DNA from: Candidatus Limnocylindrales bacterium
GTDB lineage: Bacteria > Patescibacteriota > Microgenomatia > Levybacterales > UBA12049
Assembly: GCA_035526025.1 (NCBI GenBank)
Contig: DATLDE010000005.1
Coordinates: 189,690-253,689 of the forward strand
Reading direction: 5' to 3'
Length of the DNA: 64,000 nt
Made by a program: the position numbers and the translations under genes
The notes under the pieces: generated by a model
Told to the model about the DNA's origin: nothing
The model's database searches: none
The model's input: the letters and a program-made list of their open reading frames with translations, nothing else
Part shown: positions 39,046 to 48,886 of the stretch, in pieces
How positions within the stretch are numbered: position 1 is the stretch's first letter
Layout: every line of letters starts with the position of its first letter

Positions 39046-40242
39046 ATGATAAAAAGATTTTCAAAAATACTTATCGTATTAGTACTCATTACTTTTTCCA
39101 GTAGCTTTTTTGCAAACGCCCAAACTCCAAGTGTCGCTCCTACATCTCCACCCAACAAATCCTCACAACTTAATGAATTGAGTAACAAGATTAAGGAACT
39201 TGAATCCAAAGTCGCTGACCTTAAATCACAGGGAAATACTCTTAAGGCACAAATTGGAGTAATGGATAATCAGGTAAAACTAACTGAATATAGAATTGAT
39301 TCAACTCAACAACAGATTACTGACCTTACTCTTGATATCGATTCAGCAACTAAAAGAGTTCATAATCTTGAAAGCTCACTTAGTGATGTAAGTAAAGTCC
39401 TTATAAATAGAATAGTGACTACGTATGAAGTCGGAGGAATTGAGCCTATTCATGTACTTGCATCATCAAGCGATATATCCGATCTGATAAAAAGAGCAAA
39501 TTATCTGAAGATCGTTCAGGCGCATGATAAAAAACTAATGTACAACGCACAGCAGGCCAGAAATGATTATGAAAATCAAAAAAATATTTTTGAAGATAAG
39601 AAAAAAAAGATAGAAGCACTCAAAGATCAACTTGAAAGTTATACTAAGCAATTAGACATAGACAAAGAAAATAAAGAAAAATTATTAGCTCAAACAAAAG
39701 GCAGTGAAGCCAATTATCAGGCACTTCTGTCCGAAACCAAGGCTGAATATGAAGCTATACAAGGAATCGTTTCTGGGCGTGGAAATGAAGGAGCAGTAGG
39801 CTCTGTCGCTCAGGGAGATGTAATTGCATCAATAAAGCAAGGCGCGTCATGTAATTCAAGCGGGGCACATCTGCATTTTACAGTTAGCAGAAATGGAAGC
39901 ACAGAAAATCCGTTTAGCTATCTTAAAAGCGTCGATCACAACAACAATGCAGGAGATCCTTTCAATCCCTCAGGTAGTTGGGATTGGCCTATGAACCCGA
40001 CTATCCAATTTCACCAGGGATATGGTAATACAGGTTTTGCGTCATCAGGCGCATCTTTCTACAATTTTCATAACGGTATAGATATAAGCGGCTCATCTTT
40101 AGTTGTAAAGGCTGTTAAATCTGGAGAAATGTTTCAAGGTAGCTACACCGGCAATGGTGGCTGCAGACTACAGTACGTTAGAGTCCACCACACTGATGAT
40201 GGATTGGACACATTTTATCTTCACATAAACTACACTCGTTAA
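39046..40242 (+). CDS. M23-family peptidoglycan hydrolase with N-terminal coiled-coil (EnvC/PcsB-like FtsEX partner)
   Basis: Signal peptide. About 200-aa heptad-rich coiled-coil. C-terminal LytM domain with HLHF and HNGID (HxxxD...HxH). Confidence 0.8.
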   Translation: MIKRFSKILIVLVLITFSSSFFANAQTPSVAPTSPPNKSSQLNELSNKIKELESKVADLKSQGNTLKAQIGVMDNQVKLTEYRIDSTQQQITDLTLDIDSATKRVHNLESSLSDVSKVLINRIVTTYEVGGIEPIHVLASSSDISDLIKRANYLKIVQAHDKKLMYNAQQARNDYENQKNIFEDKKKKIEALKDQLESYTKQLDIDKENKEKLLAQTKGSEANYQALLSETKAEYEAIQGIVSGRGNEGAVGSVAQGDVIASIKQGASCNSSGAHLHFTVSRNGSTENPFSYLKSVDHNNNAGDPFNPSGSWDWPMNPTIQFHQGYGNTGFASSGASFYNFHNGIDISGSSLVVKAVKSGEMFQGSYTGNGGCRLQYVRVHHTDDGLDTFYLHINYTR

Positions 40243-40296
40243 CATATAACTATTACTATATTGTAATGTGCCATGCTTTTTGCATATTATTGAATA

Positions 40297-41178
40297 GTGA
40301 GAATAAAACTTTCAATTATTATACTATTCGTTATATTCGCTATTCCAATTTCTACAGGTACTGTTTTTGCGGATTTATTCATCAATGAATTTTCCTCTGC
40401 TTCATCCAATGATGATTGGATTGAAATATTCAATAGCAGCTCTGATGATATTGATCTTTCAGCATTCAGGATAAGAGATGATACTGAATCAAATAAACTA
40501 GATCTCGACGGGACATTGAGCGCCGGGGGATTTAAAGTTTTTTCGTGGAGCAACAAACTTAATAACTCTGGAGATACAATAAAACTTGTGTTAAAAAGCG
40601 ATGAAAGTATTATTAAAAATCAGGTAGCATATGGTGACAAAGGAAGCGATGTTATAGCCCCTATTGGAATTCAATCTGCTGGGCGTATTTCAAACGGTTC
40701 AAATCAATGGATAATCTTTGCCAATTCCTCAAAAGAGACTGGTAATGCAGAATCATCCCCTGCTCCAACCCCTACTTCAACACCCAACCCAATACCTACC
40801 AAAACTCCCACACCCACCAAAGCCCCCACCCCGACAAGAGTACCCACCCCAACAAAAACTCCCATTAAAACTGCGTCAGGCTCTATTTACCATAATACGA
40901 CTACTACTTCTCCCACTGTAAAACCTAACTCAATAAATCCGGCAACAAAATCACCTAAAAAATCAGTCAGCATCAGTGCAGTACCTACATCTATACTTGG
41001 AATGAAAACAAAATCTGTCAGTAAAAATGAATTAAAAAATGCAAATAAAAAACTGCTCATTGATAGCGCAAATAAAAATAATTCTACAAATGGTTTAATT
41101 TTTGCTATTGCAGGGCTATTAGCCATAAGTTGTGGTATACTTGTCTTCTTCATCAGAAAAAAAAACAAAATGGCATGA
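40297..41178 (+). CDS. lamin-tail-domain (LTD) surface protein with Pro/Thr-rich linker and C-terminal TM anchor
   Basis: LFINEF....DDWIEIFN...DIDLSAF..D is the LTD signature. A (PTPT)n linker spans about 40745-40880. The stop overlaps the tsaE start (ATGA). Confidence 0.65.
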   Translation: MRIKLSIIILFVIFAIPISTGTVFADLFINEFSSASSNDDWIEIFNSSSDDIDLSAFRIRDDTESNKLDLDGTLSAGGFKVFSWSNKLNNSGDTIKLVLKSDESIIKNQVAYGDKGSDVIAPIGIQSAGRISNGSNQWIIFANSSKETGNAESSPAPTPTSTPNPIPTKTPTPTKAPTPTRVPTPTKTPIKTASGSIYHNTTTTSPTVKPNSINPATKSPKKSVSISAVPTSILGMKTKSVSKNELKNANKKLLIDSANKNNSTNGLIFAIAGLLAISCGILVFFIRKKNKMA

Positions 41179-41615
41179 CAACAACATTCACGACTAAAAG
41201 CTATGCAGAAACGCAAAAAATAGGCACTGAATTTTCTAAAAAAGTAAAAAATGGCGGAATCCTGGCGCTCTATGGAAATCTTGGTTCTGGAAAAACTACC
41301 TTTACCCAAGGAGTTGCAAAGGGCTTGGGAATAAAACAAAAAATTATCTCACCAACTTTTATAATTGTTAGAAAATATGATACTAACCTTAAATCTTCAG
41401 TCCCAAGCCTTAACTATTTCTATCATATAGATCTTTATAGAATTGAGAAAGCAACGGATATCAAGGGACTTGGTTTGGAAGAAATATTAAATGATAAATC
41501 AAATATAGTGGCCGTAGAATGGCCTGAGAAAATTGAGAGTTTATTGCCCAAAAATACTATAAAACTTAAATTTAAATATTTGGAGAATGATGAGAGAGAA
41601 ATCGAAATAACATGA
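41175..41615 (+). CDS. tsaE: tRNA t6A biosynthesis ATPase TsaE (YjeE)
   Basis: LYGNLGSGKTTFTQGVAKGLG P-loop, HIDLYR, and VEWPE motifs. I chose the start at 41175 (ATGA overlap with the upstream stop). Confidence 0.85.
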   Translation: MTTTFTTKSYAETQKIGTEFSKKVKNGGILALYGNLGSGKTTFTQGVAKGLGIKQKIISPTFIIVRKYDTNLKSSVPSLNYFYHIDLYRIEKATDIKGLGLEEILNDKSNIVAVEWPEKIESLLPKNTIKLKFKYLENDEREIEIT

Positions 41616-43342
41616 AAATACAAGAAAACATAAGAAATTTTGCCATCATTGCCCATGTGGATCATGGAAAATCTACTTTGTCAGATAGGCTTTTGGAAAT
41701 CACTCATACCATTGCCAAAGACAAGTTACAGGAGCAATTTCTAGATCAGAATGTGATAAGCAGAAGACGAGGAATCACAATCAAGCTAGCTCCCGTCCGA
41801 ATGTCCTACGAACTAAGATCTACGAACTACGAACTAAACCTGATAGACACTCCAGGACATGTTGATTTCTCCTATGAGGTTTCCCGTACTCTAGCAGCTT
41901 GTGAAGGTGCAGTTTTACTGGTCGATGCATCTCAGGGTATTCAGGCGCAGACTGTAGCGCATTATCAAGTTGCCAAAAAATTGGGTCTTGTTATGATACC
42001 TGTTTTAAATAAAATTGATCTCCCCAATGCTCAGACTGATGTAGTAATTAAAGAACTTGTAAAGTTTGGCTTTAAAGAAGAAGAGATCATATCCATATCA
42101 GCCAAAACAGGTGAAAATGTAAAAGAGCTTCTTGAAAAGGTCATTCAAATTATTCCCAGTCCTCAGGGAAATGCAGATTCCCCACTTCGTGCACTAATTT
42201 TTGATGCCGTTTATGATGAATACAGAGGAGCAATTGCTTATGTACGTGTTATTGACGGACAAGCAAAGAAAGGTGATAAAATCAAATTCTACCAAAATAA
42301 ATTAGGTACTGACGTAACAGAGGTGGGCATGTTCACACCATTTCTCAAGGAAACAGAAACACTGGGAACTGGTGAGATAGGATATATTGTCGGTGGAATA
42401 AAAGACATCAGACAATGCCGCGTTGGGGATACCATAATTGAGTCTGGATCAAATTCTGAGGCTCTTCCTGGCTATACGACTCCCCAACCAATGGTCTTTT
42501 TCGGATTATACCCCAAGGACACGAATGATTTTATAGCACTACGCGAATCAATGGGGAAATTAACTCTTAATGACACAGCACTTACTTATACTGAGGAATA
42601 CTCAGCTTATTTGGGTAGCGGTTATCGAGTTGGATTTTTGGGACTTCTGCATGCTGATATTGTTAAAGAACGTCTGAAACAGGAGTTTGGCTTAGACCTA
42701 CTACTGACAATGCCTCAAGTTCTTTATGATAAGAGAGAAGATGGTGAGATTTATGAACCATATATGAATTTGGTTATCTATACACCGGCAGAATTTGTCG
42801 GGAATGTGATGAGTATATCCCAAAAGAAAAAAGGCAATCTTCTCGATATGCAATACCATGATGCTTACGCAGTTCTGACCTATGAGATGCCGTACTCGAT
42901 GTTCATAAGAGGACTATCAGGAGAAATAAAATCAGGAACTTCAGGATTTGGAAGCATTGACTATGAACTAAGTACATATAAGAAAGCCGATCTTGTAAAG
43001 CTGGATATTATGATAAATGGTAATGCAATTGATGTCCTTTCAGAACTTGTCTATAAAGATGAGGCCGTATATGTAGCAAGATACAAAGCTGAAAAATTAA
43101 AGGAGTCACTGGAGAGGGCACAATTTCGCCAAATAATCCAGGCGACAATAGATAACAACATAGTTGCCCGTGAAGAAATACCACCATACAGAAAAGATGT
43201 ACTTGCAAAAATGAGCGGTGGAGATGTTACCAGAAAAAATAAGTTACTTGATAAACAAAAAAAGGGTAAAAAGAAAATGGTCTCAACAGGAAAAGTTCAA
43301 CTATCACAAGACGCTTTATTCTCGATGATTACTGATGCATAA
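41612..43342 (+). CDS. lepA: elongation factor 4 (LepA)
   Basis: IRNFAIIAHVDHGKSTL, DTPGHVDF, NKIDL, and the LepA-specific C-terminal domain (KKGKKKM). Confidence 0.95.
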   Translation: MKIQENIRNFAIIAHVDHGKSTLSDRLLEITHTIAKDKLQEQFLDQNVISRRRGITIKLAPVRMSYELRSTNYELNLIDTPGHVDFSYEVSRTLAACEGAVLLVDASQGIQAQTVAHYQVAKKLGLVMIPVLNKIDLPNAQTDVVIKELVKFGFKEEEIISISAKTGENVKELLEKVIQIIPSPQGNADSPLRALIFDAVYDEYRGAIAYVRVIDGQAKKGDKIKFYQNKLGTDVTEVGMFTPFLKETETLGTGEIGYIVGGIKDIRQCRVGDTIIESGSNSEALPGYTTPQPMVFFGLYPKDTNDFIALRESMGKLTLNDTALTYTEEYSAYLGSGYRVGFLGLLHADIVKERLKQEFGLDLLLTMPQVLYDKREDGEIYEPYMNLVIYTPAEFVGNVMSISQKKKGNLLDMQYHDAYAVLTYEMPYSMFIRGLSGEIKSGTSGFGSIDYELSTYKKADLVKLDIMINGNAIDVLSELVYKDEAVYVARYKAEKLKESLERAQFRQIIQATIDNNIVAREEIPPYRKDVLAKMSGGDVTRKNKLLDKQKKGKKKMVSTGKVQLSQDALFSMITDA

Positions 43343-44024
43343 TATATCTATGATAAAAGCAATAATTTTTGACTTTGATGACACATTGGTTAAGACCAAA
43401 GAATGTAAGTGGGATGCTCTGAAAGAAACCGGGAAAAGATTTTATAATTTGGAGATTTCCGATGAACACATTAATAAATTCTGGGGACAACCATTTGATG
43501 AAATGCTCAGCGGAGTATTAATGAATTGTGATAAGTATGTAAATCTAAAAAATAACTATGAATCCGTTACTCAGGAATTCCCTATGAAGGCTTTTGATGA
43601 TGCAGTTTCAGTTATTGATAAACTGCTTGAAAAATATAAAATCGGAATTTTATCTTCCAGCTCAAAACTGCTGTTAATGAAAGACATGGCATTGCTGAAT
43701 TTTCCGGTAGATAAGTTTTTTTATATACAAACATATGAGAATACTCAGGAACATAAGCCACACCCCGAAGTTTTTTCTCCAATCCTCACAGAGCTTAAAA
43801 CTTTAGGGATTGATAAAAAAGAATTAATTTATGTTGGCAATGCGGTAATTGACCTAGAAGCTGCAAAAAGTGCTGGACTTAAATTTTGCGCTATACTATC
43901 TGAGGAAAACGTTGAGGACTTTGAAAATATTAAAAAAATCAAAGACTTGGAAGAAATAAAATTGATTTGCTTTAATTCATATACCGATTTTCAAAATGTC
44001 CTCGACTCCGCCTCTCTGGTATAA
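43335..44024 (+). CDS. HAD-superfamily hydrolase
   Basis: DFDDTL motif I (IIFDFDDTLV), S/T motif II, and K...GD...D motif III/IV (YVGNAVIDLEAA). Confidence 0.75.
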   Translation: MHNISMIKAIIFDFDDTLVKTKECKWDALKETGKRFYNLEISDEHINKFWGQPFDEMLSGVLMNCDKYVNLKNNYESVTQEFPMKAFDDAVSVIDKLLEKYKIGILSSSSKLLLMKDMALLNFPVDKFFYIQTYENTQEHKPHPEVFSPILTELKTLGIDKKELIYVGNAVIDLEAAKSAGLKFCAILSEENVEDFENIKKIKDLEEIKLICFNSYTDFQNVLDSASLV

Positions 44025-44031
44025 TTACCTC

Positions 44032-45000
44032 ATGAAAAACAATCAAATCTCAACAATTGTAATCGGTGATATTGCTACAGACATTATTGCCTATGGCGTG
44101 GATAAAATTTCAGGGGTGGGAGAATCAGAGAGAGGTGAGCTTAAGATTGCTCCCGGTGGAAAAGCAGTTAATATTTCAAGGATGATAGCAGCTCTTAATG
44201 AAAGTAAAAATATCGCAATTCTTGGCATAAACTCTAAAGACCCCTATAATTTATGGACACTTCCGTTGAATTCATTAAAAGAATCTGGTATTAATACCAA
44301 CTACGTGCAACTGGTATCTTTTGAGAAATCCAATAAATTCGCGCACACAACTATTATAGTTGCTGACAAAAACGGAAATCATCAAATATACGGATTGCGA
44401 GGCATCAATGATGACTTTTCTCCCTCGGATATAGATCGTGCTGCTCCACTATTTGAGAGTGCTGAGATTAATAATGGAATTGTGGTTGCAACTTTAGTAA
44501 TGCCTTATAAAACCGTTCTGCATGCCGTAAGAACGGCTAACAAACATAATTTAAAAGTTTTGCTTGAAATGGGTGGAGTGGATGAAAATTTGGATTACAC
44601 TAAACTTTTTAAAGAAAAAATATTTTTGATAAAACCAAATGAATACGAAGCTAAAAAATTGACGGGAATTGAAGTTAGAGATTTTAATACAGCGAAAAAA
44701 GCTGCCAGCACATTGTTGCGAAATAATATTGATAATGTTCTGATTACTCATGGTGAGCACGGTGGGTATCTGTTCAATAAAAGTCTAGGAATTCATTTAC
44801 CTTCTCCTGCAATTAAAACAAATTCAGCTAAGGATGCTATAGGTTGTGGGGATCAGACTATTGCCGCACTCGCAGCTGCATTAATTAATAATAAAAACGT
44901 ACTCGAGGCTGCAAAAATTGGCATTCTTGCTGGAACTTTACAATTTGGTAAAAATGGAATCGTACCTATCACAAAAAAAGAATTAGAAAAATATCGCTAA
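44032..45000 (+). CDS. PfkB-family carbohydrate/nucleoside kinase (ribokinase-like)
   Basis: N-terminal GG-type motif (VIGDIATD). C-terminal AIGCGDQ anion-hole (DTxGAGD-like) motif. I chose the start at 44032. Confidence 0.7.
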   Translation: MKNNQISTIVIGDIATDIIAYGVDKISGVGESERGELKIAPGGKAVNISRMIAALNESKNIAILGINSKDPYNLWTLPLNSLKESGINTNYVQLVSFEKSNKFAHTTIIVADKNGNHQIYGLRGINDDFSPSDIDRAAPLFESAEINNGIVVATLVMPYKTVLHAVRTANKHNLKVLLEMGGVDENLDYTKLFKEKIFLIKPNEYEAKKLTGIEVRDFNTAKKAASTLLRNNIDNVLITHGEHGGYLFNKSLGIHLPSPAIKTNSAKDAIGCGDQTIAALAAALINNKNVLEAAKIGILAGTLQFGKNGIVPITKKELEKYR

Positions 45001-45308
45001 TGTTTTGATGAAGCACCAATTGCTTTTTCTACCACTTCCAATCTTTCTTCCTGCTCAACCATTTTCTTGGCAATACCCGTCCGGAGAGCTTTAACTTCTG
45101 ATTTTATTTCTTCTTTTACTTCTAGTATTTCTGCTCTCAGCTCTTTCTTGATATTTTCACCTGAGGCTTTAATTTCAGTTCTCAGCTCTTTCTTGATATT
45201 TTCACCTGAGGCTTTAATTTCAGCTTTTAGATTAGTTTCAGTTGTCTTGGCTCTCGCATCAATTAACCTCGCCATCTGCTGGAGTAATTCATCTGGTTTC
45301 ATTTGCAT
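44997..45308 (-). CDS. small coiled-coil protein with 15-aa tandem repeat (EIKASGENIKKELR x2)
   Basis: 103 aa, highly charged and helical. It contains a 45-bp DNA tandem duplication. Confidence 0.45.
   Translation of the reverse strand: MQMKPDELLQQMARLIDARAKTTETNLKAEIKASGENIKKELRTEIKASGENIKKELRAEILEVKEEIKSEVKALRTGIAKKMVEQEERLEVVEKAIGASSKH
45134..45222. repeat. 45-bp tandem direct repeat x2 (about 96% identical), in-frame within the CDS
   Basis: TCTCAGCTCTTTCTTGATATTTTCACCTGAGGCTTTAATTTCAG occurs twice in succession. Confidence 0.8.
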
Positions 45309-45431
45309 AATAAAATAATAATACAGTAATACTTTTTACCAGGCAACCAACAAAATGATTAATTACAAAAACATGAAAAATGAAGCGTAGTTCCGCGTTT
45401 CCTTCTTGTCTGGCATAGTTTTGCGACATTA

Positions 45432-46598
45432 TTAAAGGAAGAAGAAGAGGAAGCCACCACCTAGTATTACAGTTATCAACAATGCTCCGATTCCAAAAGC
45501 TACCTCAGCGCTGCCCGTTGGCGCAAGACTGACTGGTGGCTCGACTGGTGGAGCTGTTGTAGGTGCGCCAGAAACAGTTACGGTTTGCGTACAACTGCTT
45601 GAAGCGCTAACTCCATTTGCATTATCAGTTAGAATTGCAGCTGCTGTGTAGGTTCCAGGAGTATTGTAAGTATAAGAAGTCTGAGCGCTAACTGTTGCAG
45701 TACCAACTCCACTAGCAGGGTCTGTTACATCGACGACCTGACCATCACCAAAATTAAATGTAACTTTACTTACCGTTCCATCAGGATCACTACCTGTTGC
45801 ACCAAAATTTAGAGCCAAAGGCGCAGTTCCCGAAGGTGATTTGTCAACTGTAAGCGCGCTACAGACAGGATTTGTATTCGCAGACGGTGTTGCGCCACCA
45901 GATGGAGGCAAAGAGATGGTGGGTACTATTGGAGGAGCTTGAGTGGGTCCTGCTGTAACAGATCTCGTGGGAACAGGTGAACCTGTGGGAATTGGTACGG
46001 TAGGCCCAGCAGTTCCACCTATTACGATATTGGCCGGCGTTGATGAAGATAATACATTCTCACTAGCCTGATCATTAAATCCTATCGAGAGAGCCTGAGT
46101 ACTGACCCCATAACTTACTACCGTTGGTATACCTGGTTCTGTATTGCCAATTGCTTTAAATATTAATGTGGCTGCCCTTGCTTTGGTCTGAATTGCTTTC
46201 GTAGGATCAGGACCAACAGAGAGAGTTACAGAAATTTTTCCCGGTGAATAGACGGGCCCTTCCAGAACTGAAGGAAAAACAGCAGCATTAGGTGTAAATG
46301 CGCCTGTTTCTGCTGTTGCAATTTTTTCTGGATCATACTGAATTTCAAGCTTTACAAAAGAAACGAGATTGGTACCCGGATCAACGAATATATCAAGCGG
46401 TATAGACTCCCCTATTTTTTTCTGTATAGGAGCGCTTGGTGATGATGCAGGGGTAAATGTTAAATTGGTCGCTTTCTCAGCTCGTGACTGTGTTTGTTGC
46501 TGCCTTTGAACTAAATAAATAGTGACAGGTATGCCAATAAGAAGAATTGCGATAAATCCGAACAGAAAAATCTTTCTGCCATTTAGCTTTAAGTGCAT
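45432..46598 (-). CDS. cell-surface protein: N-terminal TM/signal, cohesin-like domain, PKD domain, C-terminal LAPTG sorting-like motif and hydrophobic tail
   Basis: The PKD signature (LALNFGATGSDPDGTVSKVTFNFGDG) is clear. The N-terminal block (ESIPLDIFV..LVSFVKLEIQYDPEKIA...GKISVTLSV...AATLIFKAIG) fits the cohesin beta-sandwich pattern. The C-terminus is SLAPTG followed by a hydrophobic stretch. GC is high relative to neighbours. Confidence 0.55.
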   Translation of the reverse strand: MHLKLNGRKIFLFGFIAILLIGIPVTIYLVQRQQQTQSRAEKATNLTFTPASSPSAPIQKKIGESIPLDIFVDPGTNLVSFVKLEIQYDPEKIATAETGAFTPNAAVFPSVLEGPVYSPGKISVTLSVGPDPTKAIQTKARAATLIFKAIGNTEPGIPTVVSYGVSTQALSIGFNDQASENVLSSSTPANIVIGGTAGPTVPIPTGSPVPTRSVTAGPTQAPPIVPTISLPPSGGATPSANTNPVCSALTVDKSPSGTAPLALNFGATGSDPDGTVSKVTFNFGDGQVVDVTDPASGVGTATVSAQTSYTYNTPGTYTAAAILTDNANGVSASSSCTQTVTVSGAPTTAPPVEPPVSLAPTGSAEVAFGIGALLITVILGGGFLFFFL

Positions 46599-46681
46599 AA
46601 TTTTATCGTATAGTAAGAATCATTAGCGTGTCAAGCATTAAATGCTTTAATTAATAGGTTTATTTTTGCTACAATAGATAT

Positions 46682-47665
46682 ATGAAAATACTTGTAACAG
46701 GTGGTGCAGGGTATATTGGAAGCTTCATGGTCAATAGACTACTCAAGGAAGATCATGACGTGGTAATAGCAGACAGCCTGGAACGTGGATCAAAATTATT
46801 TATTAACGAAAGAGCAACTTTTTTTGAAGGTGATTTACTCAACAAAGAATTCGTTTCAAATCTTTTCACCAACAATAATTTTGAAGCTGTAATGCATTTC
46901 GGAGCATATATCTCAGTTGAAGAATCCATGCAAAATCCGGGCCTCTACTTCACAAATAACGTGCAATCGACTGTAAATCTACTTGATGCCATGAAAAAAC
47001 ACAAAATTAAGCACTTTATATTTTCTTCAACAGGTACGGTTTATGGAACTCCTCAAAAATTACCTGTTACAGAAAATCATCCCAAAAATCCTGAGAATCC
47101 TTATGCAGAGAGCAAGCTCATGGTAGAAAGAATACTTCACTGGTATTTTCAAGTTGCACAAATTGGCTATGCAGTTCTTAGGTATTTTAATGCAGCAGGA
47201 GGTGCACTTGATGGAAGTAGTGGAGAAAATCATAACCCAGAAACACATCTCATCCCAAATGCAATTAAATCCGCAATTGATAATCAGCCATTTAATTTAT
47301 TTGGTGATGACTATCCGACAAGTGACGGGACTTGTGTACGCGATTATATCCATGTATTAGATTTGATTGAGGCGCACATCTTAACACTCAAAAAGCTGCA
47401 GGAGCAAAACGGTGAATATATATACAATGTAGGAACAGGAAAAGGCTCTACAAATAAAGAGGTTGTTGAGATGGTAAAAAAAGTTTCAGGACAAGACTTT
47501 CCGATTAACATAAAACCAAGAAGAGACGGAGATGTTGCAGAGATAGTTGCTGATACCAAATTAATAGAATCTGAGCTTGGGTTTGAAACCAAATATTCGG
47601 ACCTGGAAATGATAATTAGAACAGCATGGGATTGGCACAGTAAAAATACTTCAAATGAAAAATGA
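46682..47665 (+). CDS. galE: UDP-glucose 4-epimerase
   Basis: ILVTGGAGYIGS, FSSTGTVYG, and YAESKLMVE (YxxxK) match GalE throughout. Confidence 0.9.
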   Translation: MKILVTGGAGYIGSFMVNRLLKEDHDVVIADSLERGSKLFINERATFFEGDLLNKEFVSNLFTNNNFEAVMHFGAYISVEESMQNPGLYFTNNVQSTVNLLDAMKKHKIKHFIFSSTGTVYGTPQKLPVTENHPKNPENPYAESKLMVERILHWYFQVAQIGYAVLRYFNAAGGALDGSSGENHNPETHLIPNAIKSAIDNQPFNLFGDDYPTSDGTCVRDYIHVLDLIEAHILTLKKLQEQNGEYIYNVGTGKGSTNKEVVEMVKKVSGQDFPINIKPRRDGDVAEIVADTKLIESELGFETKYSDLEMIIRTAWDWHSKNTSNEK

Positions 47666-48732
47666 ATATTGCAATAGATGTAACTCCCTTAAATGACAAC
47701 CGACTCCTAAGTCATAAGGTGCGTGGGACAGGGTTTTATATTCAAAACCTTAAAAAATCCCTTCTGGAATTTTTTCCTGAAAATAACTATCAATTTTTCA
47801 CCAGAGAAGATAAGTTGGAGAAAAATTCTGAAACTGTACATTACCCCTATTTTGAACCTTTTTTCCTTACTCTCCCCTTTTCAAAAAAATTAAAAACAGT
47901 AGTTACGGTGCATGACCTAACTCCCCTCGTGTTTCCGGAACATTTCCCATCCGGGATAAAGGGAAAGATCAAATGGCAAATCCAAAAACAAAATCTTTTA
48001 AGATCAGACAGAATAATTACAGATTCTGAATCTTCAAAAAAAGATATTACTAAATTCACAGGATATCCCGAAAAAAAAATCGACGTTGTATATCTCGCAG
48101 CAGGGGATGAGTTTAGAAAATTTAAAATTGAAGATTTAAGATTAAAGAAGAATGATATTAAATTAAAATATAACCTGCCTGAGAAGTTTGTTTTGTATGT
48201 CGGTGATGTTACCTGGAACAAAAATCTCCCAAGACTTATTAAGGCAGTTAGTAAAACTGATATACCTTTGGTGATGGTGGGCAAAGCACTCGCTGAGAAA
48301 AACTATGACAGATCCAATCCCTGGAACAGTGATCTACTTTTGACCCAAGAACTAATATCCAAGAACCCAAACATTAAAGTTCTCGGTTTTATACCAACAG
48401 ATGACTTGGTTTCTATTTATAATTCTGCATCAATTTTTGTCATGCCTTCGCTATACGAAGGGTTTGGATTACCTATTCTAGAAGCAATGCAATCAGGATG
48501 CCCAGTGATAACAACAAAAGAAGGGTCACTCGAAGAAGTAGCAGGAAATGCAGCATACTATGTAGATGCAAAAAATACTGATAGCATATCAGATGGAATA
48601 AGTGAAGTTTTTGAAAATTCTAAATTACAAAATGAGCTTTCAGCAAAAGGAATTGAGCAGGCAAAAAAATTCAGCTGGAAAAAAACAGCTACCGAGACTA
48701 TCCGGGCTTATGACAAAGCCCTTAAGGAATAA
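47662..48732 (+). CDS. glycosyltransferase family 4 (GT-B, retaining)
   Basis: C-terminal E-x7-E region ([21 protein letters not shown]) typical of GT4. Confidence 0.8.
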   Translation: MNIAIDVTPLNDNRLLSHKVRGTGFYIQNLKKSLLEFFPENNYQFFTREDKLEKNSETVHYPYFEPFFLTLPFSKKLKTVVTVHDLTPLVFPEHFPSGIKGKIKWQIQKQNLLRSDRIITDSESSKKDITKFTGYPEKKIDVVYLAAGDEFRKFKIEDLRLKKNDIKLKYNLPEKFVLYVGDVTWNKNLPRLIKAVSKTDIPLVMVGKALAEKNYDRSNPWNSDLLLTQELISKNPNIKVLGFIPTDDLVSIYNSASIFVMPSLYEGFGLPILEAMQSGCPVITTKEGSLEEVAGNAAYYVDAKNTDSISDGISEVFENSKLQNELSAKGIEQAKKFSWKKTATETIRAYDKALKE

Positions 48733-48886
48733 ATGGCTGGATAGTTGGATGGTTTGATCCATATAACCATGTAACAAATTAATCAATGGTAAACTTAATA
48801 TATTGCCGTTAGAAATTACTTATTTAATTAAGATTACCATCGAAAAAATAACCATTTAGCCATATAGTTATATAACCATTCACGTT

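Noticed and set aside
40745-40880. Repetitive ACCCCNACN DNA encoding a (PT)n linker
   Set aside because: It is a low-complexity Pro/Thr linker within the LTD surface protein, not a CRISPR array or regulatory repeat. The spacing is irregular and it is in-frame.
41800-41830. Short direct repeat ACGAACTA x2 in lepA
   Set aside because: Too short to be meaningful. It encodes YELRSTNYELN within a variable loop of LepA.
45134-45222. Possibility that the 45-bp repeat is a CRISPR or other non-coding array
   Set aside because: There are only two copies, directly abutting with no spacer. They are in-frame within a continuous ORF and no cas genes are nearby.
48733-48886. 154-nt spacer before wzx with repeated ATAACCAT words
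   Set aside because: The words recur 3 times with irregular spacing and no convincing hairpin or palindrome. It is probably an AT-rich promoter region. I kept it out of the findings for lack of structure.
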